NCBI GenBank assembly: GCA_963749705.1 | Contig: CAVVNQ010000004.1 | Location: 250,204-314,203 of the forward strand | Length of the DNA: 64,000 nt | From: an uncultured Chloroflexia bacterium | GTDB taxonomy: Bacteria > Chloroflexota > Limnocylindria > Limnocylindrales > CSP1-4 | Direction of reading: 5' to 3' | Shown: positions 41,012-50,722 of the stretch, piece after piece | Layout of the letters: every line of letters starts with the position of its first letter | Numbering within the stretch: position 1 is the stretch's first letter | The notes under the pieces: model-generated | The model's database searches: none | What the model was told of the DNA's origin: nothing | Seen by the model: only the letters and a program-made list of their open reading frames with translations | Program-made: the position numbers and the translations under genes

Positions 41012-42286
41012 CTACAGCTCCAGGTGCTTGCGGGCCTCGAACATGAGCCGGTCGCGGTGGTCCGGGTGGGCGATCGCGATCAGCGCCCTGGCGCGCTCGC
41101 GCAGGCTCCGCCCCCACAGCTCCGCGACCCCCCACTCGGTCACGACCGTCTGCACGTGGGCGCGCGTCGTGACGACCCCGGCCCCTTCCTTGAGCGCCGG
41201 CGTGATCCGCGACAGCGAGCCGTCGCTGCCGCCGGTGGACGGCATCGCGATGATCGGCCGCCCGCCGCGGGCCAGCGCCGCGCCACGCATGAAATCCATC
41301 TGCCCACCGATGCCCGAGTACATCCGGTAGCCGATCGAATCGGCCACCACCTGACCGGACAGGTCGACCTCGATCGCCGAGTTGATCGCGATCATGTTGT
41401 CGAACGAGCGGATGACGTGCGTGTCGTTGGTGAAGTCCACCGAGCGCATCTCGACCATCGGGTTGTCATCTACGAACTCGTACAGCCGCCGGGTACCCAT
41501 CACGAACGCGACCACGAGCTTGCCCCGGTTGCGGGCCTTGCGGTCGCCGGTCACGACGCCGGCCTCGACGAGATCGACCACGGCGTCGGTGAACATCTCG
41601 GTGTGGATGCCCAGGTCCTTCTTGTCCGTGAGCAGCTCGGCCGTGGCCGCCGGGATCGCCCCGATCCCGAGCTGGAGCGTGGCGCCGTCGGGGACGAGGT
41701 CCGCGATGAACCCGCCGATCCGGCGCTCCAGGTCGCCGATCACCGGGCGTGCGACCTCGTACGGCGGCTGGTCGACCTCGACCGCGAGATCGATCTGGCT
41801 GACGTGGATGAACGACTCGCCCAGCGTGCGCGGCATGGCGTGGTTGAACTGGACGATGACGGTCCGTGCGGCGTCGATCGCGGCGTGCATCGCCTCGACG
41901 GACACGCCCAGGGAGCAGAACCCGTGCGAGTCAGGTGGCGTCGCGTTCACGAACACGGCGTCGAGCGGGAGCGCGCGGCTCCGGAACAGCTCGGGCACGT
42001 CCGACAGGAACACGGGCACGAAGTCGGCGCGGCCCTCGTTGACGGCCTTGCGGGCGTTGGGGCCGATGAACAGCGCCCGGTGCCGGAAGTGGGGCGCCAT
42101 CTCGGGGGCGAGATGCGGGCCGGGTCCTTCGCAGTGAAGGTGGGCGATCGACACCGCCTCCAGCTCCGACGCGCGGGCGACCAGCGCATCGAGCAGGACG
42201 GACGGCGTCGCGGCCGCGCACTGGAGATAGATCTGATCGCGGGACCGGATCCCCGCAACGGCTTCCTGGGGCGAGACGATACGCAT
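41012..42286 (-). CDS. acetyl-CoA hydrolase/CoA-transferase (4-hydroxybutyrate CoA-transferase family)
   Basis: LQLGIGAIP, GIHTEM, SGIGGQMDF, VVTEWG, IAHPDHR. Confidence 0.92.
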   Translation of the reverse strand: MRIVSPQEAVAGIRSRDQIYLQCAAATPSVLLDALVARASELEAVSIAHLHCEGPGPHLAPEMAPHFRHRALFIGPNARKAVNEGRADFVPVFLSDVPELFRSRALPLDAVFVNATPPDSHGFCSLGVSVEAMHAAIDAARTVIVQFNHAMPRTLGESFIHVSQIDLAVEVDQPPYEVARPVIGDLERRIGGFIADLVPDGATLQLGIGAIPAATAELLTDKKDLGIHTEMFTDAVVDLVEAGVVTGDRKARNRGKLVVAFVMGTRRLYEFVDDNPMVEMRSVDFTNDTHVIRSFDNMIAINSAIEVDLSGQVVADSIGYRMYSGIGGQMDFMRGAALARGGRPIIAMPSTGGSDGSLSRITPALKEGAGVVTTRAHVQTVVTEWGVAELWGRSLRERARALIAIAHPDHRDRLMFEARKHLEL

Positions 42287-42313
42287 GCCGCGAGCATAGG
42301 GTGACGTCGCGCC

Positions 42314-42349
42314 GGACCGTCCGGCCGGATGGCAGGGTCCGCGGGTCCG
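42314..42349. promoter_or_regulatory. tandem DosR-box-like sites (weaker)
   Basis: GGACC-GTCC-GGCCG (42314) and GGTCC-GCGG-GTCCG (42336), 22 bp apart, upstream of the CoA-transferase. Confidence 0.35.
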
Positions 42350-42413
42350 GTGGACCCTGCGCCGGCGGGACGCACGGGTTGCTGGCGGGGGGACCCCATG
42401 AGCGCGACGCCCG

Positions 42414-42761
42414 TCACGCAGGATCGGGCGTCCGCCTCAGCTCGAACGCCGGCCCGGCGCCCAGCGACTCGGATGGCGTCCCGTAGCGCAGGATCAGGTC
42501 GCGAACCGCGGCCTGGTGCTCGGCGCCGTCGAGCTCCCGCGCCTGCGCCTCGAACACGTCCTCGCCGATCGTGACCCGGCAGGCCGGGTCGGACCACAGG
42601 TTGCGTGCCCAGTCCGCATCCGGCGAGCCGGCTGCGACCACCAGCGTCCCGTCGGGCCGTTCCACGTACCCGACGACGGCTCGCGCCGGGCGGCCGGACA
42701 CGCGTCCACGCGTCTCGATCCGGAGCACGCGACCCCAGCCGACGAGGTCGTCTTCCATCAT
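42414..42761 (-). CDS. deazaflavin (F420)-dependent nitroreductase/quinone reductase family protein
   Basis: LRIETRGRVSGRPAR and DWARNLWSDP motifs (DUF385/Ddn-like). Confidence 0.75.
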   Translation of the reverse strand: MMEDDLVGWGRVLRIETRGRVSGRPARAVVGYVERPDGTLVVAAGSPDADWARNLWSDPACRVTIGEDVFEAQARELDGAEHQAAVRDLILRYGTPSESLGAGPAFELRRTPDPA

Positions 42762-42775
42762 TGGGATTGCCCGGC

Positions 42776-42868
42776 CGTCGGGCGGCTCGCGGCCGGCGTC
42801 GGGCGGCTCGCGGCCGGCACCGGGCGCCGCCGGAGCGTGCTGGCCGCCGTCGGGCGTCGCCGGAGCGT
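42776..42868. repeat. short intergenic tandem repeats
   Basis: CGTCGGGCGGCTCGCGGCCGG x2 (42776, 42797), then CGGGCG(C/T)CGCCGGAGCGT x2 (42821, 42851). Confidence 0.7.
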
Positions 42869-42869
42869 C

Positions 42870-43547
42870 CTACCCGCCGCCGCGGTCCAGGCGGTGCTTG
42901 GCGACGAACGCGGCCGCCTGCGCGCGCCGCTCGAGGTTCAGCTTCGAAAGGATCGAGCTGACGTAGTTCTTGACCGTCTTGTCGGACAGGAACACCTCGG
43001 CCGCGATCTCCTTGTTCGTCTTGCCCTCGGCGACGAGGAGCAGGATCCGCTGCTCCTGCGCGGTGAGCTGCGCCATCTCGTCCGTGTAGGCACCGGTCGC
43101 GATGCGGCGGACGCGCTCGAGGACCTTCTCCGTGACCGCGGGGTCGAGCAGCGACTCGCCGCGGCCGACCGATTCCAGCGCGGCGACGAGGTCCCGGGCG
43201 CGGATCTGCTTGAGCAGGTAGCCCGAGGCACCGGCGACGATCGCGGACAGCACCGCTTCCTCGTCCGGGTACGAGGTGAGCATCACGACCCGCGTGGCCG
43301 GCAGCTCGGCCCGGATCTCACGGCACGCCTCGATCCCCGATCCATCGGGCAGCCGGACGTCCATGACCACGATGTCGGGCTGGAAGCGGCGGGCCTGCTC
43401 GATCAATTCGGCGGCGGTTCCGGCCTCGGCCACGACCTGGAAGCCTTCGCGGCGATCCAGGAGCGCGACGAGACCCTGGCGTACGACCTCGTGGTCATCG
43501 ACCACGAGGAGTCGCAGGGGACGCGAGCTGGGGTCGGTCACTGTCAC
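42870..43547 (-). CDS. NarL-family response regulator, DosR/DevR-like
   Basis: VDDHEVVRQG, DVRLPDGSG, LTS, GASGYLLK; HTH GKTNKEIA..FLSDKTVKNYVSSILSKL..ERRAQAA closely matches DevR. Confidence 0.9.
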   Translation of the reverse strand: MTVTDPSSRPLRLLVVDDHEVVRQGLVALLDRREGFQVVAEAGTAAELIEQARRFQPDIVVMDVRLPDGSGIEACREIRAELPATRVVMLTSYPDEEAVLSAIVAGASGYLLKQIRARDLVAALESVGRGESLLDPAVTEKVLERVRRIATGAYTDEMAQLTAQEQRILLLVAEGKTNKEIAAEVFLSDKTVKNYVSSILSKLNLERRAQAAAFVAKHRLDRGGG

Positions 43548-45160
43548 TCTTCCTCGGTGCCGGGGGGACGGCGGTCCCCGGATGCGGCGTCCGACGACGC
43601 CGGCACTCGGACGATGATACGCGTGCCGGGCCCGTCCGGGCGCTCGATCGCGAACGTCCCCCCCATGCCGACGGCTCGATCCCGCATGTTGGTGAGCCCC
43701 TGGTGGCGCCCGAGCGCGTCCGGCCCGGCGATCGTGGCCGGGTCGAACCCGCGGCCGTTGTCGTCGATGACCAGCACCAGCTCGGCGTCGTCCCGGGCGA
43801 GCACCAGGGCGGCGCGGCTTGCGCTCGCGTGCCGGGCGACGTTGGACAGCGCCTCGCGAGCGATGAGCAGCAGGTCGGACGCACGATCCGGCGGCAGGCG
43901 TCGCATCGCCTCGGCGCCCCCTTCGAGATCGACCTCGAGGTCGACCACCGCGTGCAACGTGAACTCCTCGCCCAGCCGGGCCAGCGCCTCCACCGGGTCC
44001 TCGTCCCCGCCCGTCGCCGACCGCAGGCGCAGGATGTACGACCGGATCTCGTTGATCACGAGGTTGAGGGCATCGATCGCGCGGTCGATGCGGGCGATCG
44101 CGTCGGCTCGCCCGCCTTCGTCCTCGACCAGCTCGGGCACGTCCTCGAGCGACAGCCCGACGGCATAGATGCTCTGGATGATCCCGTCGTGGAGGTCCTT
44201 CCCGATCCGCTCGCGCTCCTCGACGATCGCGAGCCGCTGCACCTGGTCGTGGAGCCGGGCGTTCTCGATCGCGATCCCCGCGTGCACGCCGAACATCTCG
44301 ACCAGCCGCGCATCGTCCTCGGTGAACGGCTCGCCGCCGCTCTTGTCGGTGAGGTAGAGGTTGCCCACCGAACGCCCCTTGACGGTCACCGGGGCGCCCA
44401 GGAACGAGGTCATCGCCGGATGGTTCGGCGGGAAGCCGTAGCGGGCCGGATGCGTGCTCATGTCCGCGGCCCTGACCGTCTGACCCTCACGGATGATCAG
44501 CCCCAGCAGGCCGTGACCCCGGGGAACGTCACCGATCGCGGCGCGCTCCTCGGCGGTGATCCCGCTGGTGATGAACCGCTCGATCCGGCCGCGGCCGTCG
44601 GCGATGCCCAGCGCGGCGTACCGTGCGCCGATCAGGTCGCGAACACGGTCGACGATGAGCTGGAGCACGCGGTCGATGTCCAGCTCCGCCGCCACCGCCC
44701 GGGTGGCCGCCTCCAGCGCGGCCAGCCGCTCCGCCCGAGCGTGAACCTCGGCGCGGGACCAGGCCGCGTCGACGGCGAGCTCGATGATCCGGACCACCGC
44801 GTCCACGGCGCCCTCCGGCGCATCGAGGAACAGGCGCCCCAGCGCGTCGTGACCCTCGTGCGAGCCGAGGGTGTACATCGCCAGTGCGGCACGCTCGCCC
44901 TCGGGCGGCAGCGCGGCCAGCGTCCCCGCGCCGACCTCCAGGGCCGGCAGGGGTGGCGCGCAGATCTCGAGCACCGCCCCGCGCGCGCTGGCGAGCTCGA
45001 GGATCCCGTGGAGCGCGCCGGCGACGGCGGTCCGGTGCTCGCTCGACGGGTCGCGCTGCCACGCCTCGAGCGCCTCGAGCGCCCGCACCAGCGGGAGGTT
45101 CTCGTCCACCGAGGCAGTCCGGACGGGCGCAGCCGAGCTGGCGCTTGATCGCGTGGTCAT
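43544..45160 (-). CDS. GAF-domain sensor histidine kinase, DosS/DosT-like
   Basis: GAF with ARYAALG, PRGHGLLG, HPARYGFPPNHPAMTSFLGAP; HisKA_3 ERERIGKDLHDGIIQ; HATPase EALSNVARH, DNGRGF, GLTNM. Confidence 0.9.
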   Translation of the reverse strand: MTTRSSASSAAPVRTASVDENLPLVRALEALEAWQRDPSSEHRTAVAGALHGILELASARGAVLEICAPPLPALEVGAGTLAALPPEGERAALAMYTLGSHEGHDALGRLFLDAPEGAVDAVVRIIELAVDAAWSRAEVHARAERLAALEAATRAVAAELDIDRVLQLIVDRVRDLIGARYAALGIADGRGRIERFITSGITAEERAAIGDVPRGHGLLGLIIREGQTVRAADMSTHPARYGFPPNHPAMTSFLGAPVTVKGRSVGNLYLTDKSGGEPFTEDDARLVEMFGVHAGIAIENARLHDQVQRLAIVEERERIGKDLHDGIIQSIYAVGLSLEDVPELVEDEGGRADAIARIDRAIDALNLVINEIRSYILRLRSATGGDEDPVEALARLGEEFTLHAVVDLEVDLEGGAEAMRRLPPDRASDLLLIAREALSNVARHASASRAALVLARDDAELVLVIDDNGRGFDPATIAGPDALGRHQGLTNMRDRAVGMGGTFAIERPDGPGTRIIVRVPASSDAASGDRRPPGTEEE

Positions 45161-45193
45161 CGGCGTGAGCCTAGCAGCCTCGCTCGTGCTCGC

Positions 45194-45232
45194 GTGCCGG
45201 CGGTCCCCGCCCTTTGGGCCATTCGTCCCTTC
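45194..45232. promoter_or_regulatory. primary and secondary DosR/DevR-box-like sites between the kinase and laccase genes
   Basis: TTTGGGCCATTCGTCCCTTC (45213-45232) resembles TTSGGGACTWWAGTCCCSAA; GTGCC-GGCG-GTCCC lies 22 bp upstream. Confidence 0.6.
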
Positions 45233-45295
45233 GCAGCACCATGCTGGCCCCGGGACCATTCGCAGACCAACCGTCCCCCCCGCACCGGAGATCCC

Positions 45296-46585
45296 GTGCC
45301 CGTGGAACCCACCGACGTCCCGACCTCCGCAGCTCCGCCGGAGGGTCCCGCCCGCGATCCCGTCGAGATGGCGATGCACTCGCTGAGCCGGCGTGGCTTC
45401 CTGCGCGTCGCGGGCCTTGCCGGCGGCGGCCTGATGGCGGCCGGCGTTGCGGCCTGCCAGGCCGCGACCACGCCGGCCTGGAGCTTCGGTGCCGTCGCCG
45501 CCCCGGGGGCAGCATCGGCCGTACCGTCCGTCGCAGCGGCGACCCCGCCGGCCTCGGCCGCGCCGTCGCTCGCCCCGTCGCCGTCCGCCTCCCCCGCCCA
45601 GGCGCTCCCCGCCGGCTGGACCGACCACGACGTCAATGCCCAGGCCAAGGTCCGGCGCTTCGTGGGCAACCTGTCCGGCCCGCTGGGCCTGAGCGAGATC
45701 CTGGACAACATCCTGCCGCCGTCAACGGAGGACCCGGAGTTCACCAAGGTCGTCCAGGGCAACCAGCCCCTCGAGCCGACCATCGACGCCGACGGGGCGA
45801 AGGTGTTCGAGATGACCGTGGACGACATGGAGTGGCCGATCGACGCGGTCAACCCGCCGGTCAAGGCGCTCGGGTTCAACAAGATGTGGCCGGGCCCGAT
45901 GCTGCGGGTGATCGAGGGCGACCGGGTCAAGGTCAAGTTCACCAACAACCTCGCCGAGACCACCAGCATCCACTTCCACGGCACGGAGCCGGTCGACTTC
46001 CGCCAGGACGGCGTGGCCTTCGTCAACCAGATCCCGTTCGGCCCGGGCGAGACGTTCACCTACGACTTCGTCGCGACGCCGTCCGGCTCGCACATGTACC
46101 ACTCGCATCACAACGCGACCGACCAGGTCGGCCGCGGCCTGCTGGGCGCGTTCATCGTCGACCCCAAGGATCCCAAGGAGCGCTACGACAGGAAGTACGG
46201 GATCACCCAGGAGGTCGTGTTCATCCACAACGACGCGCTGGGTGGGTTCACGATCAACGGCCACGGCTTCCCGGCCACCACGCCCATCGTCGCCAAGCAG
46301 GGCGACAAGGTCCTGATCCGGTTCATGAACGAGGGCACGATGACGCATCCGTGGCACACCCACGGGTTCCGGATGCGCGTCGTCGCCCGCGACGGGGCCC
46401 CGCTGGGGTCGGCTGCGTTCAGCTGCGACACCCTGGGCGTCAATCCGGGCGAGCGCTGGGACGCGATCATCGATTGCCAGCGACCGGGCGTATGGGCGTT
46501 CCACTGCCACATCCTGCCGCACGCCGAGGGGCTCGACGGGATGTTCGGCATGGTGACCGCGCTCGCCATCCTGCCGCCGGGATGA
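45296..46585 (+). CDS. Tat-exported two-domain multicopper oxidase (type B, small-laccase-like)
   Basis: SRRGFL Tat motif, AAC lipobox-like; HFHG, YHSH, HPWHTHG, HCHILPH...GM. Start is GTG 45296 or ATG 45368. Confidence 0.88.
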   Translation: MPVEPTDVPTSAAPPEGPARDPVEMAMHSLSRRGFLRVAGLAGGGLMAAGVAACQAATTPAWSFGAVAAPGAASAVPSVAAATPPASAAPSLAPSPSASPAQALPAGWTDHDVNAQAKVRRFVGNLSGPLGLSEILDNILPPSTEDPEFTKVVQGNQPLEPTIDADGAKVFEMTVDDMEWPIDAVNPPVKALGFNKMWPGPMLRVIEGDRVKVKFTNNLAETTSIHFHGTEPVDFRQDGVAFVNQIPFGPGETFTYDFVATPSGSHMYHSHHNATDQVGRGLLGAFIVDPKDPKERYDRKYGITQEVVFIHNDALGGFTINGHGFPATTPIVAKQGDKVLIRFMNEGTMTHPWHTHGFRMRVVARDGAPLGSAAFSCDTLGVNPGERWDAIIDCQRPGVWAFHCHILPHAEGLDGMFGMVTALAILPPG

Positions 46586-46607
46586 CGCGGGCACCGATGG
46601 GACGACC

Positions 46608-47084
46608 GTGACGTTCGCAGCCGCCCGTCCCGCCCCGCCGCCGAAGGTCGAGAAGCTGCTGCTCGCGACCGACCTGAGCGAGGCGTCGTCGGCGGCCACC
46701 GAGCAGGCATTCGAGCTGGCCGGCCGGCTCGGCGCATCGCTGCTCGTGGTGTCCGTGATCGACCCGGGCTCGCTGCTCCTGCCCGGGGGCCGGTTCCACT
46801 CGCGCATCGACCAGGTGCGCGAGCGCCGGGCCGCGATCGCGCAGTCGCTGGTCGAGCGCGGGCGCACCGAGGGGATCCCGGTGTCGTTCCTGGTATGGGA
46901 CGGCGACCCGGGCGACATGATCGTGTCCGCCGCGGAGGCCGAGCACGCCGACATGGTCGTCGTCGGCAGCCATGGGCGCGGCGCCGTGGGCCGCCTGTTC
47001 CTGGGCAGCGTGTCCGAGCACGTCGTGCGCAATGCGCGGTGTCCCGTGCTCGTGGTACGGCCCGGCGAGCCGGGCCAGGGCTAG
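46608..47084 (+). CDS. universal stress protein (UspA family)
   Basis: LLATDLSEAS, GDPGDMI, VVGSHGRG...LGSVSEHVV...CPVLVV. Confidence 0.92.
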   Translation: MTFAAARPAPPPKVEKLLLATDLSEASSAATEQAFELAGRLGASLLVVSVIDPGSLLLPGGRFHSRIDQVRERRAAIAQSLVERGRTEGIPVSFLVWDGDPGDMIVSAAEAEHADMVVVGSHGRGAVGRLFLGSVSEHVVRNARCPVLVVRPGEPGQG

Positions 47085-47117
47085 CCACCCGCCCGATCGC
47101 AGGGGGGTCCGGCTGCC

Positions 47118-47987
47118 CTACTTCGTGTAGACGCCGCCCGGATCGAGCTCCTCGCGGACCAGCCGCAGCTCGTCGGCGGTCGGGGCGGGGGTGGTCGCGA
47201 GGTCCTGGCTGATCCGCGGCTCCCAGGCGATCGTCGCCCGGACCTCGTCAAGCGTCGCGCCCGGATGGAGCGAGTCGAGCCGCATCTCGCCGTCGTCGTC
47301 GAAGTGCCAGATCCCGAGGTCCGTGACGACCACGCTCGGACCGCGCCCATGCCAGCCGCCCGCCCGCCGGATCCGCTCCGCCTGCTCCGCGCCACCGAGG
47401 TTGCCGGGCGAGGTGCGGAAGTCGATCCGCTCCACGAACGAGCGCGCGGACTGGCGCATGATCACGAACACGTTGCGGGCGTTGATCGCGATCTCGCACG
47501 CGCCGCCGGAGCCCGGCAGGCGCGTCTTCGGGTGGTCGTAGTCGCCGATCACGGTGGTGTTGATGTTGCCGAACCGGTCGATCTGGGCGGCGCCCAGGAA
47601 GCCCACGTCGATCAGCCCGCGCTGGAGGTAGAACGCGAACAGCTCGAACATCGAGACCACGGCGGTCGCGCCGGTCACGATGGTCGGGTCACCGATGCTC
47701 AGCGGGAGACGCGCCGGTCGCGCCCCGAACACCCCCGCCTCATACACGAGCTCGAGGTCCGGGGCGACCGTCCGCTTGGCGAGGTTGACGGCGATGTTGG
47801 GCAGCCCGACGCCCACGAAGCACACGTGCTGGCCGGCCAGCTCGCGAGCCGCGGCCACGATCATCATCTCGGACTTCGAGAAGGCGGGCGTGCCTCCGGC
47901 GGCGGCCGCGGCGGCCGCGGCGGCCGCGGTGGCCGCGTCGCCTGCGCCCGCCGCGCCCGTGCGCGTGCCCGCCGGATCGCCGCTCAC
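47118..47987 (-). CDS. CoA-transferase subunit B (GctB/PcaJ family)
   Basis: FVGVGLP, VYEAG, GAAQIDRFGNIN, RLPGSGGA, VVTDLG. Confidence 0.88.
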   Translation of the reverse strand: MSGDPAGTRTGAAGAGDAATAAAAAAAAAAGGTPAFSKSEMMIVAAARELAGQHVCFVGVGLPNIAVNLAKRTVAPDLELVYEAGVFGARPARLPLSIGDPTIVTGATAVVSMFELFAFYLQRGLIDVGFLGAAQIDRFGNINTTVIGDYDHPKTRLPGSGGACEIAINARNVFVIMRQSARSFVERIDFRTSPGNLGGAEQAERIRRAGGWHGRGPSVVVTDLGIWHFDDDGEMRLDSLHPGATLDEVRATIAWEPRISQDLATTPAPTADELRLVREELDPGGVYTK

Positions 47988-48910
47988 CGGTAGTCTCCGT
48001 ACTCGACGGATCCCGACGGCGCCGGCCCCGGACGCAGCGAGGCGATCCGCTCGGCGCCCAGCTTCTCGACGTAGGCTGCCCGGTCATCGAGGTCGTACAC
48101 CCAATCGCGGAGCCAGGCCTGGGTCTTGTCCTCGTCGCGGCTGATGGGGTCCCAGTCGAGGTAGAACCGGTTGTCGCGGTCATAGGCGCCCTGGACGTAG
48201 GAAGGGTGGGCGCCGTAGGGCTCGACCACGACCGCGTCCACGATCAGGCCGGGGATCACGGTCCGGTTGGGATCCGCGCGGATCACCGCCTCGTCGACCA
48301 GCTCCTCGACCACCACGATCAGGCGGTCGGCCGCAAAGGCGGCCTCCTTCTGGCAGCCGAGGAGGCCCCAGATCTGGGTGTTGCCGGCGGCGTCGGCGCG
48401 CTGCGCATGGATGATCGAGACGTCCGGGTTGAGCGGCGGGACCGCGTACACCGTCTCGTCCGAATAGGGCGAGCGGATCGGGCGGATCAGCGGGTTGGCC
48501 GCCGGCAGGTCGGTCTCGAAGTAGGAGCGCAGGGGCATGAACGGCAGGTTGGCGGCACCCGCCGTGTACCGGGCCACCATCCCGAAATGGCTGTACTCCT
48601 CGATCTCGAGCGGCGTCCCGTCGCCGACCGCGGCGGGCTCGATCCGCCGGCGGATGGCGTTGAGCCCGCCGACGCCCGGGTTGCCCAGCCAGCTGAAGAT
48701 GAGCTTGCGGGCGACGCCACCAGCGATCATCTGGTCGTAGATCAGGTCCGGGGTCATCCGGGCGAGCGTCAGGTCACGCTTTCGCTGGCGGATGATCTCG
48801 TGACCCGCGGCAAAGCCGATCAGGTGCGTGAACCCCTCGATCGCGACCGTGTCCCCGTCGCGGACGATGTCCGCGACGGCATCGCGCATCGATGCGACCT
48901 TGCCGGACAT
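47984..48910 (-). CDS. CoA-transferase subunit A (GctA/PcaI family)
   Basis: IEGFTHL, HEIIRQ, EEYSH, HAQRAD, PYGAHPS, YDRD. Confidence 0.88.
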   Translation of the reverse strand: MSGKVASMRDAVADIVRDGDTVAIEGFTHLIGFAAGHEIIRQRKRDLTLARMTPDLIYDQMIAGGVARKLIFSWLGNPGVGGLNAIRRRIEPAAVGDGTPLEIEEYSHFGMVARYTAGAANLPFMPLRSYFETDLPAANPLIRPIRSPYSDETVYAVPPLNPDVSIIHAQRADAAGNTQIWGLLGCQKEAAFAADRLIVVVEELVDEAVIRADPNRTVIPGLIVDAVVVEPYGAHPSYVQGAYDRDNRFYLDWDPISRDEDKTQAWLRDWVYDLDDRAAYVEKLGAERIASLRPGPAPSGSVEYGDYR

Positions 48911-48915
48911 GGCGG

Positions 48916-50274
48916 TCAGCCCGCGGATTCGATGCCGGGTGTCGCCAGCCCCTGGCGAACCTCGAGCTCGACCTCGTCCAGATCCTCGGGCAGATGCGCG
49001 GCGACATGCGCGACCGCTTCGCTGAAGATGCGCACGGCCGTCGCCGCCTCCGCCTGGGTGACGACCAGCGGCGGGGACATCCGGACGCAGTCGTCGCCGG
49101 CTTCGAGCACCAGCAGGCCACGGTCGAACGCCTGCATCTGGACCGCCTCGGCAATCTCACCGCTGTCGAGCTGGATCCCGATCATGAGCCCCTTGCCACG
49201 AACGTCCTTGACCAGCGACGGATAGCGACCGAGCAGCGGCCGCAGCCCTTCCTGGATCTCGCGGCCGCGGATCGCGGCGTTCGCGATGAGCCCGTTCTCG
49301 AGCAGCCGGATCGTCTCGAGCAGGGCGGCGAGCGCGACCGGGTTGCCACCGTAGGTGCTGCCGTGCGCGCCGGCACCCCAGGTCATGACCTCGGACCGCG
49401 CGATCATCGCGCTCACCGGCATCCCGGAGCCGATCCCCTTCGCGGTCAGCAGGATGTCCGGCTCGACGTCCCAGTGCTGGATCGCCCACATCTTGCCGGT
49501 GCGCCCCGCGCCCGACTGGACCTCGTCGGCGATCAGCAGGATCCCGTGGCGGTCGCACAGCTCGCGCAGGCGGGCCAGGAAGTCGTCCTCGGGGACGACG
49601 TAGCCGCCCTCACCCTGGATGGGCTCCACGATCACGGCGGCGAACTCGTCCGCCGGCATGAGGCGCTTGAAGATCCGGCTCTCGATCTCGTCGAGCCCGT
49701 CGTTGCCGTACGGGACGTGGTAGACGCCGGGGAGCATGGGCCCGAAGTGGTCGTGGTACTTCGCCTTGCTCGCCGTGAGGCTGACGGCGCCCATGGTCCG
49801 CCCGTGGAACGCGCCCAGGAACGCGATCAGGTTCGGTCGTCCGGTATGGTGCCGGGCGAGCTTGAGCCCAGCCTCGACGGCCTCCGCGCCGGAGTTGCCG
49901 ATGAACACCTTTGCGGGGCCGCGGAACGGTGCGATGCGGGCCAGCTCCGCGGCCGCCTGCGCATAGATCGGCAGGTAGAAGTCGCTGGCGCTGAAGTGCT
50001 GGAGCTTCGCGGCCTGCTCCTGGATCGCGGCCACCACGGCCGGATGGCTGTGCCCGGTCGAGTTCACGGCGATCCCGGCCGTGAAGTCGAGGAACACGTT
50101 GCCATCGATGTCCTCGAGCGCGCAGCCGAGTCCCCTGACCGGCACGATCGGATACGCCCGCGGAAGGCTGGGGCTCGTCCAGGCGTGGTCGAACTCGATG
50201 TGCGCACGCGCCTTGGGGCCGGGCGGCGGCGTCACGATGTCCGGGACGGGTCGTGCCTCGAGCGGGCTGGTCAC
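48916..50274 (-). CDS. class III aminotransferase (4-aminobutyrate/ornithine aminotransferase-like)
   Basis: FLDFTAGIAV, NSGAEA, FHGRT, EPIQGEGG, DEVQSGAGRTG, AKG, STYGGN; AGGAGG RBS. Confidence 0.9.
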   Translation of the reverse strand: MTSPLEARPVPDIVTPPPGPKARAHIEFDHAWTSPSLPRAYPIVPVRGLGCALEDIDGNVFLDFTAGIAVNSTGHSHPAVVAAIQEQAAKLQHFSASDFYLPIYAQAAAELARIAPFRGPAKVFIGNSGAEAVEAGLKLARHHTGRPNLIAFLGAFHGRTMGAVSLTASKAKYHDHFGPMLPGVYHVPYGNDGLDEIESRIFKRLMPADEFAAVIVEPIQGEGGYVVPEDDFLARLRELCDRHGILLIADEVQSGAGRTGKMWAIQHWDVEPDILLTAKGIGSGMPVSAMIARSEVMTWGAGAHGSTYGGNPVALAALLETIRLLENGLIANAAIRGREIQEGLRPLLGRYPSLVKDVRGKGLMIGIQLDSGEIAEAVQMQAFDRGLLVLEAGDDCVRMSPPLVVTQAEAATAVRIFSEAVAHVAAHLPEDLDEVELEVRQGLATPGIESAG

Positions 50275-50331
50275 GGGGCCTCCTAGCGGATCGCCGCGTC
50301 GGGCAAAGCTCACATCCAGCGACGCAGCAAC

Positions 50332-50346
50332 GCATAGATGTTATGC
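50332..50346. promoter_or_regulatory. palindromic operator candidate
   Basis: GCATA-GATGT-TATGC in an AT-rich patch upstream of the aminotransferase. Confidence 0.35.
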
Positions 50347-50722
50347 ACAGTGAATACGAGGATAACAGAGCGGACCGGGCCGGCGATCACCCGGACGTCC
50401 CGATCCCGGTCCGCGCGACGAACCGCGCCCGGGCGGGTGCTGCGTCCGGCGCGACGGGCGAGCTCACGCCCGGCCCGGGCGATGTCCCACAGGCGTCACG
50501 ATCGGGGCGCGGGCGTCAACATGACGCCCGGCGCCGGTCATGTCGACCCGGTCGGCGCTCGAACCGGGCGCGACGATGCCCGGCGGGCGTCAGGGCGACC
50601 GGTCGGACCCAGCCGCGACGCCGCGCAGGCATCAACGGCGGGGTCGGTCAGTCGCGAACGCCGCGCGGGCTTCACCCGCGGGGTCCGTCGGCCGCGACGC
50701 CGGGCGGGCATCGCGCCCAGGA

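Noticed and set aside
45296-46585. Copper nitrite reductase NirK
   Set aside because: T1 ligands are in domain 2 and the full trinuclear His set is present, which fits a type-B two-domain multicopper oxidase.
50380-50720. Possible ncRNA or ORF in the gap between the ALDH and aminotransferase genes
   Set aside because: Only degenerate GC-rich repeats; no recognisable riboswitch or coding signal.
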